Assembly (NCBI GenBank): GCA_002737665.1
Contig: NSIF01000005.1
Span: 1-54,931 of the forward strand
Direction: 5' to 3'
Length of the DNA stretch: 54,931 bases
Source of the DNA: Flavobacteriales bacterium
Lineage (GTDB): Bacteria > Bacteroidota > Bacteroidia > Palsa-965
The position numbers and the translations under genes are program-made. The notes beneath the pieces are model-generated. The model was given only the letters and a program-made list of their open reading frames with translations. It searched no databases and was not told where the DNA came from. Positions 9,335 through 19,627 of the stretch are shown here, in pieces. The stretch's first letter is position 1. Each line of letters starts with the position of its first letter.

Positions 9335-12300
9335 ATGAATAAGAAACTAAGCAAAACGTTTTTTTTTATTTTACCCTTTCGACTTCTAATTTTGATTGTC
9401 TTTTTGTTGTGCCCTTCTTTTTCATTCGGTCAATTTTATAACGGCTCACAAACTGATTTTGGGCAAAATCGTATACAGTACCAAGATTTTAAATGGAACT
9501 ATTATAAATTCCAGAAATACGAAGTATACTACAACACAGGTGGAAAAGAATTAGCAATTTATGTCGCTCGCTGTGCAAAGTTGCACATGGCAGATATTGA
9601 AAAGTTTTTTGATTTTACCATCGACGATAAAATTCAGTTTATTGTTTACAACAAACAGGAAGATTTTAAACAAAGCAACGTTGGCCTAAATACGGAAGAC
9701 GGAGCAAATGTTGGAGGCGTCACACGCATAGTAGGAAGAAAAGTTTTTCTTTATTACAAAGACGAACATGTTACGCTTGAAGAGCAGATAAGAGCAGGAA
9801 TTGCTGAGGTGTTGATCAACCAAATGATGTACGGAGGGAATATGCGGGACATGGTAAAAAACTCCACCCTTCTCAATTTGCCCGAATGGTACACCAAAGG
9901 ATTAATTTCATACGTAGCAAAAGGTTGGAGCAGCGAGACAGATAACCGTGTCAGAGATGGAATTTTAAGTAGCCGCTATCGAAAATTTAATCACCTCACA
10001 GGTGAAGATGCATTGTATGCTGGCCAATCTATTTGGTATTACATCGGTGAAAAATATTCTCCTGCCATCATCCCGAATATTCTTTACATGACTAAAGTGA
10101 GTAAAAATGTTGAAAGTGCTTTCCTATTTGTACTTGGCCTAAACATGCGTGTGCTCCGATTAGAATGGATGAATTACTACCAGGAAAAATATTCTTTCAA
10201 TGATACTTCGCGCACACTCCCAACCACAAAACTGCTGCTCAACAACCCGCGTGCATCCAAAGTTTACAGTGATGCTATAATAAGTCCAGACGGCAACTAC
10301 ATTACTTACGTTACCAATGAAATGGGACAAATAAAACTGTGGCTACAAAATTTACAAACAGGAAAAAAGAAACGACTTTTCAAAAAAGGACAAAAACTAG
10401 ATCGTATTAACGATTATTCCTATCCACTCATTTCGTGGCATCCGAATGGGAAAATCCTTTCTTACTTGTATGAAAAAAAGGGAGAAACATGGCTAGTGAT
10501 TTATGAAATTGATGGGGGAAGAAAAGTTTTAAGACCAATTTATAATTTTATTAAAATTCTTGATTTTTCTTATTCACCCGATGGAAAATCATTTGTAATG
10601 TCAGCGGTGCAGAATGGGCAAACAGATATTTACACCTACAATATTGGAAGTGGCTCAGCTACTGCAGTAACCCGAGATGTATTTGATGACATAAATCCAC
10701 ACTATATTGAAAATGGAAAAAGAATTATCTTCAGTTCCAATAGAACAAAAGACACTTTAAATGTTTCCATTAACCCAGACACTAAATTAAATACATCGTT
10801 TGATCTTTTTGTTTACAACACACAAACCCGTTCACAAGTATTACGACGTATTACAAATACTCCTGGGGTAAATGAATTGCAAGCGCAAGAGTATGATAGC
10901 ACACATTTTGCGTACTTGTCGGACCGAAATGGTATCTACAATCGCTATGTTGGTTATTTCGACAGCACTATCTCATTTATTGACACTTCAGCACATTACA
11001 AATACCTAACACGAAGTGTTCCTGTTACAAATTACAAATTCGGAATTATTGAACAGAATATTTCGGTGGCATCTAAAAACCTAACTGAAATTATTTTTCA
11101 CGATGGGAAATATTGGATTTATTCGACAGCTTTGCCACCATTCGAATCAATTGGAACTGTTAAATTAAAAAACACAAGTCACCGCGACCGAATGCTTGAA
11201 TTGGCAAAAATAGAGGAAGAATATGAAGAGGAAGAAAAGGAGAAGAAGAAAACCGCACCCATTCCAAAAGGCAAACCAATGGAAACCTTAAAGGTTTATG
11301 ATACACCTGAGAATCGAACGAAAACAATTAACGACACTTCAAAAATTGACATCAATAATTACCAATTCGATGGGATAAAAAACAATTCAAAAAGTAATGC
11401 TCCCATTGAAAACCAAAAAATAGACTCAAGCATTACAGCTCCGAGTACCAAAAACGCAATTAGTGAATTTGCACTTCCCATTGCAAGAAATTACAAAGTT
11501 CAGTTCAGCACTGAATATGTCGTTAGTCAACTTGACAATAGTTTCTTGAACGCCGGTTATCAGAGATTTACTGGCGGCGGATCACCAATTTATTTGAATC
11601 CGGGTTTTACTGGATTATTAAAAATTGGCATGACTGATTTATTAGAGGATCATAAAATTGTTGCTGGTGCGCGATTATCAAGCAATTTAAAAAGTAACGA
11701 ATACGTTCTTTTATTCGAAGACCGAACGCATCGCTGGGACAAAACGCTTTTGTTGCACCGACAGGCTTTTTTGAATGTTACAAATACAGGAGCACGAACT
11801 AAAGTGTATACACAAGAAGGTCGCTACGGTATAAAATTTCCATTCAACGAAGTTTTTAGTGCAAGGGGAACTTTGGGATACAGAAACGATCAGCAAATAA
11901 TTCTTGCAAGTGATTACCCAAAACTGCAAGCAAAAAACACTTTTACTAATTCAACTAATGCAAAAATAGAATTGGTAGTAGATAATTCAATCAAGCGTGG
12001 CTTAAATTTATGGACAGGCATCCGCTGCAAAGTATATTTTGAAACTTTTCAGGGAATGGATAGTTTGGTAAATGCCAAAATTAAAAGCAATCATAAGTTA
12101 AAAAATGATTTATATGCTCTTGGAGTTGATTTCCGTTATTCTATTCGCATTCATCGAGAAATTATTTTGGTTAACCGAATTGCAGCTTCCACCTCATTCG
12201 GACATGAGAAATTAGTCTATTATATGGGTGGCGTAGACAACTGGTTAGCGCCTAAATTTGACCAAAGTGTTTACATTGCTGAAAATCAAAATTACACCTA

Positions 12301-12718
12301 CCAAACTTTAGTTACACCCATGCGTGGATTTTGGCAGAATGGCAGAAATGGAAATAGTTTTGCAGTCGTCAGTAGTGAGTTAAGAATTCCAATAGTCAAG
12401 TACCTCTTCAATCGTCCATTACGATCTGACTTCTTCAATAATTTTCAAGTAATTGGATTTGGCGATATTGGTACTGCATGGACAGGAAAAAGTCCATATG
12501 ATCCTGAAAATTCTTTAAACACAACTGTTATTGCAGCAACGGGGAATCCAATTGTGGTCATACTTAAAAACCATACAGATCCAATTATAGGTGGATATGG
12601 TTTTGGCGTTCGTACTCGATTGTGGGGATATTTTGTTCGTTTAGATTGGGCCTGGGGTGTAGAAAACAGAAATGTTTTGCCTCGACAAACTTACATTTCA
12701 TTTAGTTTAGATTTTTAA
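9335..12718 (+). CDS. large envelope protein: N-terminal globular region, TolB/PD40-like beta-propeller repeats, E/K-rich linker and C-terminal Omp85-like beta-barrel
   Basis: The ORF-track start at 9320 is TTG, so ATG 9335 (MNKKLSKTFFF...) is preferred. Signal peptide ends ...SFSFG|Q. PD40-like repeats are present (SPDGNYITYV, WHPNGKILSY, YSPDGKSFVMS, IENGKRIIFSSNR). The linker reads EEEYEEEEKEKKK. The C-terminus is aromatic/Gly-rich and ends in ...ISFSLDF. Confidence 0.65.
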   Translation: MNKKLSKTFFFILPFRLLILIVFLLCPSFSFGQFYNGSQTDFGQNRIQYQDFKWNYYKFQKYEVYYNTGGKELAIYVARCAKLHMADIEKFFDFTIDDKIQFIVYNKQEDFKQSNVGLNTEDGANVGGVTRIVGRKVFLYYKDEHVTLEEQIRAGIAEVLINQMMYGGNMRDMVKNSTLLNLPEWYTKGLISYVAKGWSSETDNRVRDGILSSRYRKFNHLTGEDALYAGQSIWYYIGEKYSPAIIPNILYMTKVSKNVESAFLFVLGLNMRVLRLEWMNYYQEKYSFNDTSRTLPTTKLLLNNPRASKVYSDAIISPDGNYITYVTNEMGQIKLWLQNLQTGKKKRLFKKGQKLDRINDYSYPLISWHPNGKILSYLYEKKGETWLVIYEIDGGRKVLRPIYNFIKILDFSYSPDGKSFVMSAVQNGQTDIYTYNIGSGSATAVTRDVFDDINPHYIENGKRIIFSSNRTKDTLNVSINPDTKLNTSFDLFVYNTQTRSQVLRRITNTPGVNELQAQEYDSTHFAYLSDRNGIYNRYVGYFDSTISFIDTSAHYKYLTRSVPVTNYKFGIIEQNISVASKNLTEIIFHDGKYWIYSTALPPFESIGTVKLKNTSHRDRMLELAKIEEEYEEEEKEKKKTAPIPKGKPMETLKVYDTPENRTKTINDTSKIDINNYQFDGIKNNSKSNAPIENQKIDSSITAPSTKNAISEFALPIARNYKVQFSTEYVVSQLDNSFLNAGYQRFTGGGSPIYLNPGFTGLLKIGMTDLLEDHKIVAGARLSSNLKSNEYVLLFEDRTHRWDKTLLLHRQAFLNVTNTGARTKVYTQEGRYGIKFPFNEVFSARGTLGYRNDQQIILASDYPKLQAKNTFTNSTNAKIELVVDNSIKRGLNLWTGIRCKVYFETFQGMDSLVNAKIKSNHKLKNDLYALGVDFRYSIRIHREIILVNRIAASTSFGHEKLVYYMGGVDNWLAPKFDQSVYIAENQNYTYQTLVTPMRGFWQNGRNGNSFAVVSSELRIPIVKYLFNRPLRSDFFNNFQVIGFGDIGTAWTGKSPYDPENSLNTTVIAATGNPIVVILKNHTDPIIGGYGFGVRTRLWGYFVRLDWAWGVENRNVLPRQTYISFSLDF

Positions 12719-12724
12719 TATTTT

Positions 12725-13939
12725 ATGGCCGACCTATCTATTTTAATGAAAGCAATTCAAAATGCAGCACGAGAATTAGTACCTCGTATCATTTTTATTC
12801 GCAGACATTTACACCAACACCCCGAACTTTCTTTCAAAGAATACAATACCTGTTCATTCGTGTGTGATGAATTGGAAGCGTTGCAAATCCCCTTTGAAAA
12901 AATGATTGGAACAGGTATTGTTGCATGTATTGAAGGACGAAATCCAACAGCCAAAACAATTGCACTCCGAGCCGATCTTGATGCGCTACCGATTACAGAA
13001 AAAAATAATGTGGACTATAAATCTGCACAAGAAGGAATCATGCATGCCTGTGGTCATGATGTTCACACAGCGTCACTTTTAGGTGCGGCACAAATTTTAA
13101 ATACATTTAAGAATGAATTTGAAGGAACGATAAAACTAATTTTTCAACCTGGCGAAGAAAAAGCTCCTGGTGGAGCTTCGTTGATGATAAAAGCAGGAGT
13201 GCTTGAAAACCCTAAACCAAGTTATATTTTTGCACAACACGTATTTCCATCGCTACCTGCGGGTAAAGTGGGATTTAGAAGTGGGATGTACATGGCCAGC
13301 ACCGATGAGCTCTACATGACCATAACTGGAAAAGGTGGTCATGCCGCAATGCCATCCGAATACGTAAATCCTATTCTAATTGCATCCACAATTATTACTG
13401 CCTTGCACCAATACTTTATGGATGTCAACACAAGATTGCGTTCAGCCGCTGATCATCCAACGGTATTGGCTTTTGGAAAAATAGAAGGCTTGGGTGCAAC
13501 AAATGTTATTCCTGATACCGTTTTAGTGGAAGGAACATTTCGCACCATGAATGAAGAATGGCGCTCTGCCGCACATGACTTTATGAAAAAAAATGCTGTT
13601 GCAATTGCAAAAGATATGGGTGGCGAATGTGAATTTAGGGTGGAGGGCGGTTACCCATTTTTAGTAAATGATCACAACGCAACAGAACGAGCTAGAAAGG
13701 CATCAGAAGAATATCTTGGAAAAGAAAATGTAGTTGCCTTAGAAAAAAGAATGACTGCTGAAGATTTCGCTTTTTACTCTCAAAAAATACCCGCTTGCTT
13801 CTATCGTTTAGGAACAGCTTCTGCAAATGGAGAAAATTCAGCTGGCGTGCACACACCAACTTTTAATATTGATGAAAAAGCGCTCGAAACAGGAATGGGC
13901 TTGATGGCTTGGATTGCAATTGACGCCTTACAACAATAA
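12725..13939 (+). CDS. M20D-family amidohydrolase (N-acyl-L-amino acid amidohydrolase-like)
   Basis: ACGHDVH and GEE metal-ligand motifs. 404 aa. It starts 7 nt after the upstream stop. Confidence 0.85.
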   Translation: MADLSILMKAIQNAARELVPRIIFIRRHLHQHPELSFKEYNTCSFVCDELEALQIPFEKMIGTGIVACIEGRNPTAKTIALRADLDALPITEKNNVDYKSAQEGIMHACGHDVHTASLLGAAQILNTFKNEFEGTIKLIFQPGEEKAPGGASLMIKAGVLENPKPSYIFAQHVFPSLPAGKVGFRSGMYMASTDELYMTITGKGGHAAMPSEYVNPILIASTIITALHQYFMDVNTRLRSAADHPTVLAFGKIEGLGATNVIPDTVLVEGTFRTMNEEWRSAAHDFMKKNAVAIAKDMGGECEFRVEGGYPFLVNDHNATERARKASEEYLGKENVVALEKRMTAEDFAFYSQKIPACFYRLGTASANGENSAGVHTPTFNIDEKALETGMGLMAWIAIDALQQ

Positions 13940-13967
13940 AAATAAATAAATTGTGACATTTTAATTC

Positions 13968-14636
13968 ATGAAGACTTATACTGGTACTATCGTTCCTTCC
14001 ACTTTGAATTCAGAACAGCAAAAATTGCTCGATGCTGGTCAATTACTTCCTTTGATGGAAGAATTTTATACTATTCAAGGAGAAGGATTCCATACAGGTA
14101 AACCTGCCTACTTTATACGCCTCGGCGGATGTGATGTGGGATGTCATTGGTGCGATGTGAAAGAATCTTGGGATGCAAATACCCATCCGCTGACAGCAGC
14201 GTCAAAAATTGTAAGCAATTCATTACAATACCCTGCAAGAGCAGTTGTGATTACTGGAGGAGAACCTTCGGCTTTTAATTTAGAGTTTTTAACACACGAA
14301 TTAAAAAAACATAACGTTTTAACTTTTATTGAAACATCGGGGGCTTATGATTTGACAGGTACTTGGGATTGGATTTGTCTATCTCCAAAAAAAACTTCTC
14401 CTGCCAAGCCTGAAATCTTTAAAAGGGCACACGAATTGAAGGTAATTATTTACAATAACGATGATTTCAAATGGGCGGAAGAAAACGCAATGCATGTTAA
14501 TGAAAATACTTTATTGTATTTACAACCAGAGTGGAGTAAATCAAAATTAATGACACCGTTAATTGTAGATTATGTAATGAAAAATCCGAAATGGAATATC
14601 TCTTTACAAACTCATAAATACATGAACATACCATAG
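13968..14636 (+). CDS. queE: 7-carboxy-7-deazaguanine synthase (radical SAM)
   Basis: IRLGGCDVGCHWCD radical-SAM cluster motif, QueE-like length (222 aa) and a YLQPEWS motif. Confidence 0.8.
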   Translation: MKTYTGTIVPSTLNSEQQKLLDAGQLLPLMEEFYTIQGEGFHTGKPAYFIRLGGCDVGCHWCDVKESWDANTHPLTAASKIVSNSLQYPARAVVITGGEPSAFNLEFLTHELKKHNVLTFIETSGAYDLTGTWDWICLSPKKTSPAKPEIFKRAHELKVIIYNNDDFKWAEENAMHVNENTLLYLQPEWSKSKLMTPLIVDYVMKNPKWNISLQTHKYMNIP

Positions 14637-14692
14637 GTGATAATAATATAAAGCCAATTACTTCAAAACATTCAAAATATGAAACTGGTAAA

Positions 14693-16666
14693 ATGAATAA
14701 ATTTCCCACTTTAATCGTACTACTCACTTTCGTTACAAGTTGCATGGCACAAGCGCCAGCTACCTCTACTAAATCTAAAAAAGCAGAGAAGGCGTATTAT
14801 GCATCGAAACAATTTGCAGAGCAATCCAATTTCCCGGCCGCCTATGCACAAATTGCAATTGCGGAAAAAGAAGATCCAAACTTTGTAGAAGCGTTTACTT
14901 TACATGCAAATTATGATTTAGCAAACGCGAAGTGGGCGAACGCAATTATAAATTTCAATAAAGCATTTGCTATCAATGATGGGTTTTTCCCTTCAAGCTA
15001 CTACGATTGTGCAAATGCCGAATTAAAACTTGGCAATTACGCAGATGCTAAAAAACATTTTCAGCTATTTCTGGAAAAACATCGCCCAAACACACTAGAA
15101 AAAACACTAACAAATGCACAACGTGGAATTGATAATTGCGATTTTGCAGTAATTTCAATCGAGCACCCAGTACCATTCAATCCTATTAACATGGGTGATA
15201 AAATAAACACTGTAGGCTGTGAATATTTTCCAAATGTCACCACTGACGATGCGACTTTTCTTTTTACAAGAAATACACAACTAAAAGATCCTGCCACTGG
15301 AGTCGTAAAGCAAGAGCAGGAAGATTTTTTTATAAGCTATAAAGATGAACAGGGCAACTGGAGAATTGCTCAAAATATGGGCAAGCCAATTAATACAGAA
15401 AATAACGAAGGTGCGCCAAGTTTGTCAGCCGATGGAAGAAACTTATTTTTCGCCGCATGTCAGGAATACGATGGCTATGGAAATGGAAGACAAGGTTTCG
15501 GAAGTTGTGATATTTTTTATACAAGTAAAGCAAATGGCAAATGGTCGGTGCCAAAAAATGTTGGTGCACCAGTGAATAGCCCTGCTTGGGAATCGCAGCC
15601 TTCATTTTCATCGGATGGAAAAACACTTTATTATGTTTCCAATCGTTCAAACGGTTTTGGTGGAAGCGATATTTGGAGCGCAACTTTAAATGCAGAAGGT
15701 AAATGGGGTGCTCCATTTAATTTAGGAGTTGAAATTAATACAGCTGGCACAGAAGAAGCTGTTTTTATTCATCCAGATAACCAAACATTATATTTCGCTT
15801 CTAACGGATTAATAGGAATGGGTGGACTAGATCTATTTATTTGCCACCGAGATATAAAAACTGGAAAATGGGATAAGCCCATCAACTTAGGTTATCCAAT
15901 TAATACTGCTGGCGACGAAAGTGGATTAATTGTAAATGGTGCAGGAACAGTTGCTTATTTCTCCTCCGACCGAACAGGAACTTTCGGCTGCGATGATATT
16001 TATATGTTCAAACTACCTGAAGCATTAAAACCTGTTCCAGTTACTTACATGAAAGGTAAAGTATTCAATAAAAAAACATTAAAACCCCTTGGTGCCGCCT
16101 TCGAATTGATTGACCTTGAATCAGGTAAAACAGCTATTACCTCATATTCTGATGCCGTGACTGGAGAGTTTTTGGTTTGCCTTCCTGTAAATCTAGATTA
16201 TGCACTAAACGTAAATAGCCCTGGATATTGTTTCTACTCAAAAAATTTTCAGTTGAAAAAAGTCACAGATGCAAACAAACCATTTCGTATAGATGTTCCT
16301 CTTTCACCAATTGAAGACAGCGCAATGGTTGAGTTAGAAAATGTTTTCTTTGAAACAGGGAAATTTGACCTGAAGCCAGAATCAAAAGCAGAGCTCAATA
16401 AACTAGTTGCCTGGATGAAACTAAATCCACTGGTGAAAATAGAAATTGGCGGACATACCGATAACGTTGGAGACAAAAAATCAAATATTACGCTATCTAA
16501 TTATCGCGCAAAGTCTGTGTACGATTATTTATTTGCAAATGGAATTACGGCACCCCGAATGACCTATAAAGGTTACGGCGATAATAAACCAAAAATTGTA
16601 AACGACACACCCGAACACAGGCAAATGAATCGTAGAACAGAATTTAAGGTTATAGGAATAAAATAA
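14693..16666 (+). CDS. OmpA-family protein with N-terminal TPR and PD40-like repeats
   Basis: Signal peptide, TPR-like helices and repeated S.DG..LYF/S.R motifs. The C-terminal OmpA peptidoglycan-binding domain carries GHTDNVGD...NRRTEFKV. Confidence 0.85.
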   Translation: MNKFPTLIVLLTFVTSCMAQAPATSTKSKKAEKAYYASKQFAEQSNFPAAYAQIAIAEKEDPNFVEAFTLHANYDLANAKWANAIINFNKAFAINDGFFPSSYYDCANAELKLGNYADAKKHFQLFLEKHRPNTLEKTLTNAQRGIDNCDFAVISIEHPVPFNPINMGDKINTVGCEYFPNVTTDDATFLFTRNTQLKDPATGVVKQEQEDFFISYKDEQGNWRIAQNMGKPINTENNEGAPSLSADGRNLFFAACQEYDGYGNGRQGFGSCDIFYTSKANGKWSVPKNVGAPVNSPAWESQPSFSSDGKTLYYVSNRSNGFGGSDIWSATLNAEGKWGAPFNLGVEINTAGTEEAVFIHPDNQTLYFASNGLIGMGGLDLFICHRDIKTGKWDKPINLGYPINTAGDESGLIVNGAGTVAYFSSDRTGTFGCDDIYMFKLPEALKPVPVTYMKGKVFNKKTLKPLGAAFELIDLESGKTAITSYSDAVTGEFLVCLPVNLDYALNVNSPGYCFYSKNFQLKKVTDANKPFRIDVPLSPIEDSAMVELENVFFETGKFDLKPESKAELNKLVAWMKLNPLVKIEIGGHTDNVGDKKSNITLSNYRAKSVYDYLFANGITAPRMTYKGYGDNKPKIVNDTPEHRQMNRRTEFKVIGIK

Positions 16667-16724
16667 TTCTATGTGTGACCATTTTATTAATGTGTTCGTA
16701 AACTGAATTATTAAAATTTGCTAG

Positions 16725-17498
16725 ATGATTTCAAAATACAGAATTAACGCATATCTTAAATACAGAAAAACGGCTGTTAGTAAGCATGGAATTCATTCTC
16801 CATTTGTATATGACCTTGTTACTAAAGTTTTTTTGAAAAAAAAAGAAAAGTATGGAGAGGATGTTGCAGAAGATTACCGGACAGAATGCATTTTAAATAA
16901 AGAAAGTATCGATGTGCTCGATTTAGGAAGTGGTAAATCGGGACCAAGAAAAATAGCGAGCATTGCAAAAAAAGTAACGAATACACCTGCGCATGGCCAA
17001 CTTCTTTATAGAATTATTAAATACATCAAGCCAAAAAAAATGTTGGAGTTGGGAACTTCACTAGGAATCACAACCTACTATGAAGCCAGCGCTTGCAAAC
17101 ACGAAAAATTCATTTCTCTAGAAGGCTGTCCACAAACAGCAGTAAAGGCCGTCTCTTTTTTTGAACAAAATAAACTAAATGTAACGGTTCGTATAGGCAA
17201 TTTCCAAAACACCTTATTGAAAGCATTACAAGATTTAGAAGTCGTCGATTATGTTTTTTTTGATGGAAATCACCAAGAAAATGCAACAGTAAATTACTTT
17301 GAAACCTGTATTCCATTTATTACAAATAATACAATTTTTATTTTTGATGACATCCATTGGTCAGCAGAAATGGAACGCGCCTGGGAAAAAATAAAGATGC
17401 ATCCAAAAACAAAAATGAGTCTCGATTTATTCCATTTAGGCATTATCTTTTTTAGAGAAGAACAAAAAGAACGCGAACACTTTGTCATTCGCTATTAG
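16725..17498 (+). CDS. class I SAM-dependent methyltransferase (O-methyltransferase family 3-like)
   Basis: LELGTSLGITT motif I-like segment and FFDGNH/IFDDIHW acidic motifs. Confidence 0.6.
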   Translation: MISKYRINAYLKYRKTAVSKHGIHSPFVYDLVTKVFLKKKEKYGEDVAEDYRTECILNKESIDVLDLGSGKSGPRKIASIAKKVTNTPAHGQLLYRIIKYIKPKKMLELGTSLGITTYYEASACKHEKFISLEGCPQTAVKAVSFFEQNKLNVTVRIGNFQNTLLKALQDLEVVDYVFFDGNHQENATVNYFETCIPFITNNTIFIFDDIHWSAEMERAWEKIKMHPKTKMSLDLFHLGIIFFREEQKEREHFVIRY

Positions 17499-17569
17499 GA
17501 AAAATTTAAAAAAAGTAATTTAATCTGCTGAATCAGGTCTCACAACTTTTTCCCTACCTTTATAGAGTA

Positions 17570-18292
17570 ATGAATAACGAAATTATCTCTCTTAGTAATA
17601 TTTCTCGTGAATATATTGTGGGGAATGAATTGATCTATGCATTGCGGGATATTTCTCTCAAAATATTTAAAAATGAATACGTTGCTTTAATGGGTCCATC
17701 TGGCTCTGGAAAATCAACATTAATGAATATGCTGGGCTGCTTGGATACTCCTAGCGCAGGAGAATATATCCTCAACGGCCTATCTGTTGCTAATATGAGT
17801 GACAATGAATTAGCGGAAGTTCGAAACAAAGAAATTGGTTTCGTATTTCAAACTTTTAATTTATTACCACGCCAATCTGCATTAGAAAATGTTACACTTC
17901 CTTTAGTTTATGCAGGCATTTCAAAAGCTGAACGACAACAGAAAGCTGAATATGCAATGGAACAAGTTGGATTGAAAGACCGAATGATGCACAAACCGAA
18001 TGAACTTTCTGGAGGTCAAAGACAGCGTGTTGCAATTGCTCGTGCCTTGGTGAACGACCCTGCCATTATTCTTGCCGATGAACCAACAGGCAATCTGGAT
18101 TCAAAAACTTCCTTAGAAATTATGGGACTTTTTGAAACAATTCATAAAAATGGAAATACAATTATAGTCGTTACACATGAAGAAGACATTGCAAAATATG
18201 CGCATCGTATTGTTCGACTAAAAGACGGTTTAGTTGAAAATGACCAAAGCAATAAAGACATCCGAGAATTAAAAATAGTTGATTCCATTTAA
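17570..18292 (+). CDS. ABC transporter ATP-binding protein (MacB/LolD-like)
   Basis: Walker [10 protein letters not shown], signature [15 protein letters not shown] and Walker [12 protein letters not shown]. No adjacent permease gene. Confidence 0.9.
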   Translation: MNNEIISLSNISREYIVGNELIYALRDISLKIFKNEYVALMGPSGSGKSTLMNMLGCLDTPSAGEYILNGLSVANMSDNELAEVRNKEIGFVFQTFNLLPRQSALENVTLPLVYAGISKAERQQKAEYAMEQVGLKDRMMHKPNELSGGQRQRVAIARALVNDPAIILADEPTGNLDSKTSLEIMGLFETIHKNGNTIIVVTHEEDIAKYAHRIVRLKDGLVENDQSNKDIRELKIVDSI

Positions 18293-18339
18293 GTTCAATT
18301 AAAGAGATACGCTTCTTTCAAAATTTCAAACAATTGCAA

Positions 18340-18888
18340 ATGAAAATTTATACAAAAACCGGCGATAAAGGTGAAACATCATTAATAGGTGGTACGCGTG
18401 TTCCTAAAAATCATATTCGTATTGAAGCGTATGGCACAGTAGATGAACTAAACTCCTACATTGGTCTTTTACGAGATTCAATAAATGATAAACACGTCAT
18501 TGAAATACTTGTTGAAGTTCAAGATCGGCTATTCACAATCGGCTCTATACTTGCAGCAGATCCCTTAAAATCAAAAATGAAATTGCCTGAATTGATAGCT
18601 GAAGATATTACTAAACTCGAAAATGAAATTGATGCGATAGACTTGGTGGTTCCACCTATGAAAAGTTTTGTTCTTCCAGGTGGTCACACAAGCGTTTCAC
18701 ATTGTCACATTGCACGGTGCATTTGTAGAAGAGCGGAACGCTGTACAATTCATTTAAACGAGCTATTTCCAGTGGAAGAAATAGTCATTCAATATTTAAA
18801 TCGTCTCTCAGATTATCTTTTTATGCTTTCCCGTAAACTAAGCGCTGACTTGGGTGTTACGGAAATTCCTTGGAGACCAAGAATATAA
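18340..18888 (+). CDS. PduO-type ATP:cob(I)alamin adenosyltransferase
   Basis: N-terminal YTKTGDKGETSL motif. The ORF-track start at 18334 is TTG, so ATG 18340 is preferred. Confidence 0.85.
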   Translation: MKIYTKTGDKGETSLIGGTRVPKNHIRIEAYGTVDELNSYIGLLRDSINDKHVIEILVEVQDRLFTIGSILAADPLKSKMKLPELIAEDITKLENEIDAIDLVVPPMKSFVLPGGHTSVSHCHIARCICRRAERCTIHLNELFPVEEIVIQYLNRLSDYLFMLSRKLSADLGVTEIPWRPRI

Positions 18889-19055
18889 AAAACATCTGTT
18901 TTTTATTTAAAGGGCGTCTTTTCTGTGACGTTCCAGCAAAATAACAAATGCATCTTAACATATTTTTTGTTGAAATATCTTTAACCTTTTGACATTCAGC
19001 AAACTAATCATTAATAAAAATAATACATTTTGTGTCGAACGGGTACATATATTTC

Positions 19056-19063
19056 TACTTTTG
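19056..19063 (+). promoter_or_regulatory. Bacteroidetes-type -7 box (TACTTTTG) with upstream TTTG (19029-19032)
   Basis: Exact TAnnTTTG, 92 nt upstream of the DUF2795 ATG. This implies an unusually long leader. Confidence 0.4.
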
Positions 19064-19155
19064 CACAAAGTATAGTCACAAAAAAATTATAGCGGAAAGG
19101 AGGAGAAACTTTGCTCCAAACCAGCCGAAAATAACATCTAATAAACCATTTTTAT

Positions 19156-19377
19156 ATGTATTGGACCCTTGAACTTGCATCGTACTTAGAAGATGCTCCC
19201 TGGCCCGCAACCAAAGAAGAATTAATTGATTTTGGTATTCGTTCTGGCGCTCCTATGGAGGTGATTGAAAATCTACAAGAAATTGAAGACGAAGGAGAAT
19301 CCTATGAAACAATTGAAGAAATATGGCCTGACTACCCAACAAAAGAGGATTTCTTTTTCAACGAGGATGAATATTAG
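19156..19377 (+). CDS. DUF2795-like small acidic protein
   Basis: 73 aa. The WPATKEELIDFGIRSGAPMEVIENL pattern resembles DUF2795. A strong terminator follows. Confidence 0.6.
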   Translation: MYWTLELASYLEDAPWPATKEELIDFGIRSGAPMEVIENLQEIEDEGESYETIEEIWPDYPTKEDFFFNEDEY

Positions 19378-19399
19378 AATCTATCCAACAAAGACCATT

Positions 19400-19434
19400 A
19401 ACAAGGGAACTCAAAAAGTTCCCTTGTTATTTTA
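19400..19434 (+). terminator. intrinsic terminator
   Basis: Perfect 11-bp stem AACAAGGGAAC (19400-19410) / GTTCCCTTGTT (19418-19428) with a 7-nt loop, followed by ATTTTAT. Confidence 0.8.
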
Positions 19435-19627
19435 TGCCATTCTTACCGAAAGTACAATGAAAAACTAAATTTTCAGAAGTTATGTCATGGCAATTAAAGT
19501 AGGAATGATAGTTGAGGAGTTGGCATAAATACTATTCAAACTTACGGACAAATGAAACTATTAAATCCCTACTTTTACCATCTATTAAAAATGCTATTTG
19601 CCTAGCTAAAGGCACAAATTTTAAAAT

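Noticed and set aside
9359-9367. T9 homopolymer inside the signal-peptide region of the 1128-aa envelope protein, as a possible phase-variation tract
   Set aside because: It simply encodes Phe-Phe-Phe in frame in an intact ORF. Without read-level length variation there is no evidence of slippage.
18989-19017. E. coli-like TTGACA-N17-TAATAA promoter upstream of the DUF2795 gene
   Set aside because: The -10 hexamer matches only 3 of 6 consensus positions. Bacteroidetes primary sigma factors recognise TTTG/TAnnTTTG rather than TTGACA/TATAAT. It is probably a chance match in AT-rich DNA.
19265-19468. 67-aa ORF overlapping the DUF2795 gene in another frame
   Set aside because: It runs straight through the strong intrinsic terminator hairpin (19400-19428) and has a K/T-rich composition typical of an out-of-frame read.
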